A DNA stretch of 64,000 bases from Pseudomonadota bacterium (GTDB lineage: Bacteria > UBA10199 > 2-02-FULL-44-16 > DYJF01), in NCBI GenBank assembly GCA_043823065.1, contig JBDRBB010000008.1, positions 224,001-288,000 of the forward strand, read 5' to 3'. The notes below the pieces were generated by a model, which saw nothing but the letters and a program-made list of their open reading frames with translations, ran no database searches and was not told the origin of the DNA. The position numbers were made by a program, and so were the translations under genes. Positions 20,616-30,150 of this stretch are shown one piece after another; position 1 is the stretch's first letter; every line of letters starts with the position of its first letter.

Positions 20616-22127
20616 ATGAAAATTCGATCATTATTAGCAAGTTTCATTCTTATCCTGGTAATTATTCTAGTTGTTAAGACAGGAATAAGGATTAGTTTTC
20701 CCTGGGATTTGTTAGTTTGGACTGAGCATTGTTTTATGATGCATATGCTCAAAATATTTCATGGTTTGCCTGTTTTTACATCTGTTGCTGATGCCAATTC
20801 TCATGTTTACTCTCCAGGGTTGGAATATCTAACCTATTTTATCTTGCATCCACTTGGCCTAGAGTTGGATGTTAGGTTTTGCAGATTGGTCAATGTTTTT
20901 ATTGGTGTATTAGCGGCAGTATCTGCCACCTATGCGGCTTTCATATTTATTAAAGCTTATAAGATTAACTTTGATAAGATAATCGAATATTTTATTACCT
21001 TTGGATTAGCTTTGCTTCTAGTTTTTCATAACTACACTTCTGAGGTTCCTCATCCAGATAATTTACATATTTTGCATGCTATTTTAGTTTTTATATTGGT
21101 AGCTTTAGCAATTGGGCATAAAAAATATTATCTTGCTATATTCTCAGTTTGTTTGGCCGGAGTAGGTGTTTTAATCAAACAATCTAATGCTCCTATATTT
21201 TTAGCTCCGGTGCTAATATATCTTATTTTAGGATTATGGAATTGGTATAAAACTATCATCTTAGGTCTAATTTCATGTCTATTTTTTGGAATATCCTTGT
21301 TAACCGTTTGGTCATCTTATCCAGCATTTCAGTTTACTTTTCTTATTCCCAGAAACTACCCAACGCATTTCCCTCAATGGGCAGTCTGGCCTCCAGAACT
21401 GACCTTCTCGATTATTTTAGCTGTGATAACTATTTTTGTCTTAATTTATTTTTGGAAGAAAAAACCTGCAGCTCGCCAATATGTGCTTTCTTGGTTAATA
21501 ATAGGTATTCTTTCAATTTCATCTAATATCTATATTTTTGTTTACGTACTATATGGTTGGTGGAATGATTTAATTATTTTTAATATATGGTGTTGGATTA
21601 TTATTTGGCCTTTTTTGCTTAGTTTGCTTTATCAAAAAATATTTTCAGCTAAATATAGATGGGTCGGACATGCTTTATTCTTTCTAATTGTAGGGTATAT
21701 GCTATTTTCAATTTTCCCTAGGCGCTTTGTTCCCCAGGCTAGTCATTATAAGCATTCAAGTACGATTGAAAGCATGATAAAAAAGGACTTGGCTTTGGGT
21801 AAAAATATTAATCTTGATCTTGGTACTTCGGCGTTAATTAACGCTGACTTCCCTGGTGTGCCTCTTGATCGAAGTACAGCCAATTTTGAGATAGGTAAAG
21901 GTGGCTTTGGTGATTATTCAAGAACAAAGGAGAGGTTTACTTTAGGATTATATGACCGGATTTATGGTAAAAAAATTTTTTCCTATAAGGAAGATATAGT
22001 GAAAAGTGGTAAATATATAATTGTAGATACAATTATGGAAGCACCAGCTCCTGGTCTTCGTACAGGTTTTCATCCTGGGTTTATGGATAAAACTTTTGTT
22101 TATGAATATCAAAATAAAATCCAGTAA
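20616..22127 (+). CDS. GT-C-like membrane protein, paralog B
   Basis: Same FPWD, DANS..YSPGL, PHPDNL, KQ and PLDR motifs. Confidence 0.6.
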   Translation: MKIRSLLASFILILVIILVVKTGIRISFPWDLLVWTEHCFMMHMLKIFHGLPVFTSVADANSHVYSPGLEYLTYFILHPLGLELDVRFCRLVNVFIGVLAAVSATYAAFIFIKAYKINFDKIIEYFITFGLALLLVFHNYTSEVPHPDNLHILHAILVFILVALAIGHKKYYLAIFSVCLAGVGVLIKQSNAPIFLAPVLIYLILGLWNWYKTIILGLISCLFFGISLLTVWSSYPAFQFTFLIPRNYPTHFPQWAVWPPELTFSIILAVITIFVLIYFWKKKPAARQYVLSWLIIGILSISSNIYIFVYVLYGWWNDLIIFNIWCWIIIWPFLLSLLYQKIFSAKYRWVGHALFFLIVGYMLFSIFPRRFVPQASHYKHSSTIESMIKKDLALGKNINLDLGTSALINADFPGVPLDRSTANFEIGKGGFGDYSRTKERFTLGLYDRIYGKKIFSYKEDIVKSGKYIIVDTIMEAPAPGLRTGFHPGFMDKTFVYEYQNKIQ

Positions 22128-22816
22128 ATGGAAAAATGTTATCATGAGCTTTGCTCTAGTAATTTGTTCATTGCTAGTAGTGTTAGCTATTGGCGAAATT
22201 TGTTTGCGCATAATTGATTATAACCCATTAAAAGGTTGGCAGAGGTCTAGGAGGGGGGTAGTTGGAGCATCACCAGATAATAATCTTAAATATGAATTAA
22301 TTCCAGGTGCTAATATTTTTGCTCATGGCATCAACTATAAAATTAACGATCATGGTTATTGTGGTTAAATGGTCAGCTTAGGCAAGCTAGATGGTTATAG
22401 AATAATAGATCTTGGTGATTCAGTAACTTTTGGTTATATGCTTGATAACCAAGATACTTATTCATTCTTCTGAATTTGAGCAGATAAAGTGGTACAGCGA
22501 CTACAATCGTATAGGACGAATGCGCTATGTTTTTGAATATCTGGCAAATTTGGCAAAAACAAATAAGTTTAAGATTGTAGTGGCAATTTTTCCATATTTA
22601 GTTGGGAATGCAAACAATTATCTATTTGAAATTGCTCAAGAAATAGTAACAATGGAGGCAGAACGTGTTGGTTTTGATGTTATTGATCTTGTGGACGATT
22701 TCACTGAGGTTGGAATGACTAATTTGAGAATAACTAGAGATGATGTAACTCATCCAAATCATCTAGATAACAAGATAGTGGCTGAGGAAATAGCAAAATA
22801 TATCCAGAGTAAATAA
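22102..22816 (+). pseudogene. Degraded membrane-anchored SGNH/GDSL hydrolase
   Basis: TM plus GEICLR; in-frame TAA at 22366-22368; then RIIDLGDSVTFG (GDS at 22414-22422); the central blocks are missing; the C-terminal DVTHPN (DxxH) lies in a different frame. Confidence 0.75.
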
Positions 22817-22830
22817 GTGATAATTATCTA

Positions 22831-24456
22831 TTACATATAGCCTAAGGCCTTGAGTTTCTCAATTTGTTCTTTGTCTATAGATTTAAGTTCTTTATGTGTG
22901 TCAGGTTTTGATTTGTCTTTTGGCTGTTCTTGCCTCTTTTCCCTTTCATTAATACTTGTTGTAGATTTCAATATATCTTTGCCTTGAAAATTATTAAAAG
23001 GCATTTTTATCTGAGCTACATGTAAAATCGTAGGTAGCGAATCTGATAACCAGCCAGCTGATGTATTTTGAGAGGGCTCGATATCTGCCCCCCACATGAT
23101 AAAAGGTACGCTAGTGGTCTCTTTCGTTATGATATGTCCATGTCCCACGTGCCCGTGTTCCCAAAATGCTTCTCCATGATCAGCGCTAATAATAATAATA
23201 GTGTTATTTAAAATGTTAAGTTCTTTAAGGCCTGCCAATAATTGTTTAATGCTCTCATCTACATATCTGATTTGACCATCATAAAGGGCAATTAGTTGTT
23301 CCTTAATGTTTGTTTCAGCTACTTTTTTAAGAGTCATGTCCTGCAGAGTATATAAATTTATTTTACCAGGTTCCAATATCTTAGGTATATTATCTGAGTA
23401 AAGATTGTTGAATTGATTTTTATGGTAGGGTAAGTGCGTGTCCATTAAATGGGCATAGGCAAAGAATTTAGCATTCTTGTGCTGGGCAATATCTTTAAGT
23501 AGTTTTTCAACTACTACATCAGCTCTAGCAAAAACCTCTTTTGAAGGTGGATCAAAATAAGTATATTCATCAAATCCTTGATCATAGTTAAAATCATCGT
23601 CAATAAAGTAATTTCCAGCATTAAAAAAATATGTGCGATATCCATTATCTTTAAATATTTCAGCCATAGTCATCATGGTATTGGGCATGATGGCAAAGCT
23701 TGTCATAATAGCGTATGGGTCACCATATAAAGAAGTAAAAATGCTAGCTATTGAGGGTTTTGTCCAAACAAAATCAGAATGTATGTTACGAAAGATTATA
23801 CCCTCTTTAGCTAACTTATCTATAGTTGGTGAGGTTTGGCGTTCATATCCATAGGCAGATAAATGATCTCGTCTTAAAGCATCACTGATTAAAAAAATTA
23901 CATTTGGTCCTGTCGGCGGGTTTAAATATTTATATAAAGAAATGCCAACATTGAATATTAATAAAGCGCCCAAGATAATAGGGCTTAGCCAACGCAGGCA
24001 ATGGATAGGCTTAAGTTTCATTAGTTTAGAGAACAAACCTTTTATAATAATAAGCCCCAAAACTATTAGGCTGGCTATCCAGGCAATATCAACTAATAAG
24101 ATATGTTGTCTAAGCTCTCCAGTAAGATAAACAGGGATTATCCATTTGCCTATAAGCAGTAAGCTAAGACAAACTATAAATGCTGCTAAAAATGTAAGAT
24201 GTTGATTGTTTTTAATCCAAAAAGACAAAAACCATTTACTAAAGATATAGACAAAACCTGCAAACAGAAAAACGGCATTTATAGTAAGTATCCAAGTATT
24301 AAGGTTTGTTTGAGCTGATAAAACTAATAGATAGTGTAACTTATAAAAAAAATAATTATGAGCTGTAATTTCTGCTATAGTAAATGTGATGCCTAAAATA
24401 AAACCTATAAAAGTTCCAAATAATATTAAATAAATAAATCGTTTCTTGTTAGACAT
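22831..24456 (-). CDS. Membrane-anchored sulfatase/alkaline-phosphatase-superfamily protein
   Basis: About 5 N-terminal TM segments; PNVIFLISDALRRDHL, WTKPSIASIFT, HLMDTHLPY, SADHGE..WEHG, C-terminal LKALGY. Confidence 0.85.
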   Translation of the reverse strand: MSNKKRFIYLILFGTFIGFILGITFTIAEITAHNYFFYKLHYLLVLSAQTNLNTWILTINAVFLFAGFVYIFSKWFLSFWIKNNQHLTFLAAFIVCLSLLLIGKWIIPVYLTGELRQHILLVDIAWIASLIVLGLIIIKGLFSKLMKLKPIHCLRWLSPIILGALLIFNVGISLYKYLNPPTGPNVIFLISDALRRDHLSAYGYERQTSPTIDKLAKEGIIFRNIHSDFVWTKPSIASIFTSLYGDPYAIMTSFAIMPNTMMTMAEIFKDNGYRTYFFNAGNYFIDDDFNYDQGFDEYTYFDPPSKEVFARADVVVEKLLKDIAQHKNAKFFAYAHLMDTHLPYHKNQFNNLYSDNIPKILEPGKINLYTLQDMTLKKVAETNIKEQLIALYDGQIRYVDESIKQLLAGLKELNILNNTIIIISADHGEAFWEHGHVGHGHIITKETTSVPFIMWGADIEPSQNTSAGWLSDSLPTILHVAQIKMPFNNFQGKDILKSTTSINEREKRQEQPKDKSKPDTHKELKSIDKEQIEKLKALGYM

Positions 24457-24513
24457 ATTTTAATACTTTCGATATCTTAATATAGTATTTTTAATAATAA
24501 ATGTATAAAGTCA

Positions 24514-26409
24514 ATGAATAATACTTTAAATTTTCCCCAGAATAACGTGCAAACAGTGGTAGAGATAATAACGTTGCTACTTATCTTTATTATTATTGGT
24601 TTGATCATTGTGCCAGCTCACTGGACCTCAATCTGGATGGACTATGAATTTACAGGTTGGGTTGCTCCAATAAGCAATCGCCTAGCTTCAGGAGCTAAAC
24701 TTTATGCAGATGGTTTGCATATGCCTATGCCGCCTTTGCCTTATATTTTAGTTTATCTGTTATCGTGGGGAAGTGCTAACTGGATTCTTGAAAGTTTGTT
24801 GATGTATATATTTCAATGTCTAACTCTTTTGGTGCTTTATAGAGCTCTTTCTTTACTATTTAAGCAGCCAATTCCTTTTTTAGTAATATTTTCTGCTGTA
24901 CCTATATTTTTTATATTACCTAAAAGGATATTTTATGATGCTTTAGGTCAATTTTTAGTGGCTTGTATTATTTATGCAATGGCTTTTTTCCTCCATAAAC
25001 TAAAAAAAGGAATGGGTAATGGGCAAGCTGATAAAAAGTTGTTGTGGATTGTTTTGATGGGAGTTCTCACAAGTGCTCTGATTTTGACAAAGCAGTCAAC
25101 AGGCGTAGGAACGTTTGTTGGTTGTTTGCTTGCTTTTTTTCTTTTGCCTGTCTCTTTTTCGCTCAGAAATATAGTAAAGGTAAATATTGTTTATATCATT
25201 AGTTTTGTGGGTGGTTTTTTGTTGTTAATAGCTTTAATTTCTCCTTTGATCTCTGTTGAAAATATGATCCAAGATGTTTTCTTAACTGGTTCAGAACCTA
25301 AAGGGGGTAATTATCAGCTAATTTCAAATTTGATTTATTATATTGTTTCCACAGCACAATCACTTACTGCGCTTGTATTAGTGCCAGCTTTTTTTATGCT
25401 CTTAATGTTAATTAGAAATAAATGGCACGTGCTCAATGCTTTAAGGAGAATCAAAGATAGCTTTGATTACTTGGATTGGTCGATTAAAAGTTTATTAGCA
25501 GTGTTATTCTTTGTTTTTTCTGTTTTTTTTGTTTTATTAATTCAGGAAAGTCAAACAATATATATTGAAATATTCAATATCCGGTCAGATAGATTGAACT
25601 TACTTTTATGGATTGGATTAGCTTTATTGTACATATTAATAATATATCAAATTTTTGTGCATAAAGTTGAACATAAGATATCCTTATCTTTCATTGTTCC
25701 AATCGGGATTATTTCTGTTTTTGCTGCTTATTTTCACAATTTGTCAGTAGATTACTTGCGTATATTTTATGATAATAATCCTATAATAGTAATTTCGTTA
25801 TTTCTTATCTTTTATTTTGTTGGATCATGGCCGCTTAAGATATCTATCAAAATTGGGCAGCTAAGAATAGTACCATTTGTGTTAATTACACTTATTTCTT
25901 TGATTTGTTGGAGTGCGTTTGTGAATACTATTAATTTGGCTTTAGCATGTACTGAGACATGGCCAGATGTTAAGTATTTAGACGGAGCTAAAATGCGTCC
26001 TGCAGCTCAAGGAATGTATGAAGTTGTTAAAGTAGTTCGCGAGAACTCCACTAAAGATGACGAAGTTTTATTGTTACCTAATGATGTTCATGTAGAATCT
26101 TGGTTTGATAGAAAACGGCCGCAACTTACCAGTTCTATCGTTTTTACAGATCAGTACTGGGATAAATATGTTGATGAAGATTATTCCAGGATAAAAAGAA
26201 GTTTGCCTAAAATTATAATAATTGGCCCAAGATTTTCTTGGTCAATATTGTCAGATGCCTGGAGTAAGAGCAAGGGCGTTGATCGGTTAATAAAAAAAGT
26301 TCAAAATGAGCTTTTGCCAGAAGCTTATGAGTTACATGAAAGTCAGGTAATTTCCGTTCATGGTGAAATAGATTATATGGATGTGTATGTAAGAAAAGAT
26401 TCTGATTAA
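24514..26409 (+). CDS. GT-C-like polytopic membrane protein
   Basis: About 14 TM segments; WMDYE first loop, LYAD..MPMPPL, FYD, TKQ; soluble C-terminal domain. Confidence 0.55.
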   Translation: MNNTLNFPQNNVQTVVEIITLLLIFIIIGLIIVPAHWTSIWMDYEFTGWVAPISNRLASGAKLYADGLHMPMPPLPYILVYLLSWGSANWILESLLMYIFQCLTLLVLYRALSLLFKQPIPFLVIFSAVPIFFILPKRIFYDALGQFLVACIIYAMAFFLHKLKKGMGNGQADKKLLWIVLMGVLTSALILTKQSTGVGTFVGCLLAFFLLPVSFSLRNIVKVNIVYIISFVGGFLLLIALISPLISVENMIQDVFLTGSEPKGGNYQLISNLIYYIVSTAQSLTALVLVPAFFMLLMLIRNKWHVLNALRRIKDSFDYLDWSIKSLLAVLFFVFSVFFVLLIQESQTIYIEIFNIRSDRLNLLLWIGLALLYILIIYQIFVHKVEHKISLSFIVPIGIISVFAAYFHNLSVDYLRIFYDNNPIIVISLFLIFYFVGSWPLKISIKIGQLRIVPFVLITLISLICWSAFVNTINLALACTETWPDVKYLDGAKMRPAAQGMYEVVKVVRENSTKDDEVLLLPNDVHVESWFDRKRPQLTSSIVFTDQYWDKYVDEDYSRIKRSLPKIIIIGPRFSWSILSDAWSKSKGVDRLIKKVQNELLPEAYELHESQVISVHGEIDYMDVYVRKDSD

Positions 26410-26413
26410 TAAA

Positions 26414-27967
26414 TTATTTTGGCCTAAGAATGTAGCAACCAAGCATTAAGTCCTCTTGAAAACCTCTTCCAATCCCAATAATTGGAGGGCCTTCAATAAA
26501 ATCAGTAATTTTATAATTATCTTCAATTGCTTGCGTGATTTTATCACCTAGCCATTGTTCAGGCACAATATTCATATATATACGATCATATTGCTTATTT
26601 TTTATTCTTGATAAAGTTAAAGTCTGATCAGTTTGATTGGCTGATTTAAGCTCAATTATTGAATTAGCGCGATCTAGAGGTACCCCAATATAGTTGTTTC
26701 TAATCAAGTGCATAATTCCATGGGGCAGTAAGATATTGCTTCCTTGTTCTAAATCTGTTTTGATCGCTTGTTCAATTTTAGCACAGTATTGATAATGTAA
26801 ATCTTTGGGGGGTATTTTTATTGGCCGAAAGGGAAGGATAACAGCAAAGCAAAGAATCAATGTAAAAGCCGTGATTAATAAACTGTGCTTGGCAATTTTG
26901 TTTTTTTGCATCCAAGGGGATTTTTCCAAAGTGTTGGGCAAATTAATCAGCCAGGGCCAGACAATCAGCAAAATCCAGATGTTTGGTAAAGTAAAGCTAT
27001 TCCAAAGTCCCATTTGTTTAAATGCGCCAAAGATATTCGGAATGACTACAAATATGCCTATGAAAAACCAAGAAATTAACAATGATCTAGTTTTAGATTT
27101 GTAGAATTGATAAAACGCTATGATGCCTACTATGTAAAAAATAGAGTGTAGAAAAAACAGCTGTTTTATAAATGCTAACTTTGTAACATGCAGTGGATGT
27201 TCTAATAGTATTTTTAAGGTATAATAGTTGATATTCTCATCTGCTGAGAAAAAAATCGTAAAAGAAATAATAGTAACTAATATACCTATTAATGCTAATA
27301 TAATTTTTTTTCTAAAACCCCAAATATTAGAAAGTAAAAAAGATAGAATGGGGCCACAAATAATTAGCGCACTGGTTTGTTTAATAAAAATACCTAGCGC
27401 GCTAAGTGTTAAGGTAAACACAGCAAGTAAGAAATTTGCATGAAGTAGACTTAACCAGCAAATTAATAAAACTAATATTGTGTGTAGAATTTGGAGGTTG
27501 TCTGGATGAGGTATATCAGCATTAAAATTATAAAAAATTATTAATAAAGAGGCTCCAAATGCCACTATAAAAAAAAGTAAAGCAGGTAACTGCTCATTTA
27601 ATAAACGAGCTATAATTAACATTATTTTAGCAGCTAGTAGTGCTGCTAAAATTCCAATTACGACAATTACTAATCTGCAAATAAATATATCTAGATTAAG
27701 GTCAAATATATTAATAATAAAAAAAACTATTTTTTCTAAACCAAAAGAATAGACAAACGAATTGGCATCTGCTGGTGCGGTATAAATTGGTAGACCGTTT
27801 TTTAGTTTTAAAAGATTAGTTAAAAAGGGGCTTTCAGCCCAGATTAATAGATCCCAGGGAAAAGATAGGCGAGCTAATGTTACTTTACTTATAAGAAAGG
27901 CCCAATAATAAATGATAACGCCTATAATGCCTTGATTTATTAAGTTTTTTAGTTTCATTTTTCGCAT
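26414..27967 (-). CDS. GT-C-like membrane protein, paralog C
   Basis: FPWDLLIWAES, PADANSFVYS, PHPDNL, IKQ and PLDR motifs as in 19054..22127. Confidence 0.6.
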   Translation of the reverse strand: MRKMKLKNLINQGIIGVIIYYWAFLISKVTLARLSFPWDLLIWAESPFLTNLLKLKNGLPIYTAPADANSFVYSFGLEKIVFFIINIFDLNLDIFICRLVIVVIGILAALLAAKIMLIIARLLNEQLPALLFFIVAFGASLLIIFYNFNADIPHPDNLQILHTILVLLICWLSLLHANFLLAVFTLTLSALGIFIKQTSALIICGPILSFLLSNIWGFRKKIILALIGILVTIISFTIFFSADENINYYTLKILLEHPLHVTKLAFIKQLFFLHSIFYIVGIIAFYQFYKSKTRSLLISWFFIGIFVVIPNIFGAFKQMGLWNSFTLPNIWILLIVWPWLINLPNTLEKSPWMQKNKIAKHSLLITAFTLILCFAVILPFRPIKIPPKDLHYQYCAKIEQAIKTDLEQGSNILLPHGIMHLIRNNYIGVPLDRANSIIELKSANQTDQTLTLSRIKNKQYDRIYMNIVPEQWLGDKITQAIEDNYKITDFIEGPPIIGIGRGFQEDLMLGCYILRPK

Positions 27968-28016
27968 TATATCTTGGCTAGGTTTATTTTACGATAAAAA
28001 ATTATCTCATCTACAA

Positions 28017-28051
28017 TAAAAAAACCCGAGGTCAAGTGACCTCGGGTTTTT
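28017..28051 (-). terminator. Intrinsic terminator downstream of acs (bidirectional form)
   Basis: AAAACCCGAGGTCA-AG-TGACCTCGGGTTTT hairpin flanked by A and T runs. Confidence 0.85.
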
Positions 28052-28053
28052 GT

Positions 28054-28084
28054 TATCCTTCGACTAGGCTCAGGATGAACGGTT
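28054..28084. repeat. REP-like palindrome family 1 (TATCCTTCGACTnnGCTCAGGATGAnnGGTT)
   Basis: Near-identical copy at 56944..56974. Confidence 0.75.
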
Positions 28085-28086
28085 AT

Positions 28087-30070
28087 TTACTTCCTTCCCT
28101 CTACCAAAGCATTCACCACATTAGGATCAGCCAGAGTTGTAATATCGCCCAGGTTTTTGATATCGCCTTCAGCGATTTTGCGCAAGATACGGCGCATGAT
28201 TTTGCCAGAACGGGTTTTAGGCAAGGCGTCAGTAAACTGCATTTTATCTGGGGTGGCAATTGGGCCGATTTCTTTGCGTACATGGGCTATCAGGCTTTTA
28301 ATTAGATCATCAGAAGGCTTGTTGCCGGTCTTTAAGGTGACATAAGCGTAAATGCCTTGGCCCTTAATTTCATGCGGGCAACCAACTACTGCTGCTTCAG
28401 CAACTGTGGGGTGAGAAACCAGAGCTGATTCCACTTCAGCAGTGCCGATTCTATGTCCGGAAACATTGATCACATCATCCACCCGGCCCATGAGCCAGTA
28501 GTAGCCATCTTCATCGCAACGAGCGCCGTCACCAGTGAAATAAACACCAGGGAACATGGCAAAGTAGGTTTCTTTGAAACGTTCATGATGATTATAAACC
28601 GTGCGCATAATTCCAGGCCAAGGCTCTTCAATTACCAAATAGCCGCCTTCGTTTGGTTTGCATTCACTGCCATCTTCCCGAATGATTTTTGGTTTTACGC
28701 CAAAGAAAGGAACTGTAGCTGAACCTGGTTTAATAGAAATTGCACCCGGCAGGGGCGCAATCAAAGCTCCACCAGTTTCAGTTTGCCACCAGGTATCAAT
28801 AATTGGGCAACGAGTGCCGCCAATATTATTGTAATACCACATCCAGGCTTCTGGATTAATGGGTTCGCCCACTGTGCCTAGAATTCTTAAAGAAGTGAGA
28901 TTATGTTTTTTAGGCCACTGCTCGCCTTCGCGCATTAAAGCCCTAATAGCTGTTGGCGCTGTATAGAAAATACTGACTTTGTGTTTTTCCACTACTTCCC
29001 AGAAACGATCTGGTTCTGGATAGTTTGGCACGCCTTCAAACATTACTTGAGTGGCACAGCTGCAAAGCGGGGGCATAAACTATATAAGTATGGCCAGTTA
29101 CCCAACCAATATCTGCGGTACACCAGAACACATCATTTTCATGATAATCAAACATATATTTGAAAGTTGTGGTGCCATAAACCATGTAACCAGCAGTGGT
29201 ATGCAAAACACCTTTGGGTTTGCCGGTTGAACCTGAAGTATAAAGAATAAAAGCAGGGTCTTCAGCGCCAACATGTTCTGGCTCGCAAGTAGTGGATGCT
29301 TTGGCCATTAGATCATGCCACCAGAAGTCACGTCCTTGTTTCATTTCAACTTTTTCGCCAGAATGTTTTAAGTTGATGCAAGTTTTAATTGGGCCACCAG
29401 CTTCTTCGCATAATTTCATGGCCTCATCTGCTGCTGCTTTCAGAGGAATGCTCTTTTTAGCGCGGAAACCGCCATCAGCAGTAATTAGCACTGTGCAGCC
29501 AGAATCCAAGATGCGGTCGCGCAAAGATTCAGCAGAAAAGCCGCCAAACACTACAGAATGGACCGCGCCAATTCTGGTGCAAGCCAGCATGGCTACAGGA
29601 AGTTCTGGAACCATGGGCATGTAAATAGAGACGCGATCACCTTTTTTCACGCCTTTTTCTTTGAGCACATTGGCAAATTTACAAGTTTCATCTAAGAGTT
29701 GTTTATAAGTGATGTTTTTGGTCTCAGTTGGTTCATTTCCTTCCCAGATTAAGGCCACTCTATCACCCTTGCCAGCTTTTACCCAACGATCCAGGCAATT
29801 TACTGAAATATTGGTGGTAGCGCCTTCAAAAAAGCGAATATCAATCTTATTTTTGAAATCATAGGAACGTACTTTATCCCACTTCTTGAACCATACGAAA
29901 TCATTGGCTATTTTGCTCCAAAAAGTTTCTGGATCTTTAATTGATTCATCCCACATTTTTTTGTAGGTAGCAAAATCCTTGATCCAGGCATGTTTTCTTA
30001 ATTCAGCTGGTGGATCAAATTTCCTTTGTTCATCCATCATGGATTTGATACCTTGCTTGTTATCAGACAT
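28087..30070 (-). CDS. acs: Acetyl-CoA synthetase (AMP-forming), split by a 1-nt insertion in G5 (29069-29073)
   Basis: [38 protein letters not shown] and [20 protein letters not shown] before ATG 30070. Removing one base restores [16 protein letters not shown]. Confidence 0.92.
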
Positions 30071-30150
30071 GTAATCCTCCTTTAGTTTTTTTACTTGAAG
30101 TGATAATGGAAGGCCCTTATAAAGGCTTAAACCTAAATTTGTCAACACCT

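Noticed and set aside
29036..29076. Programmed frameshift or two-subunit Acs
   Set aside because: The break falls mid-domain at a G5 run with no stimulatory structure noticed; an error or recent mutation is simpler.
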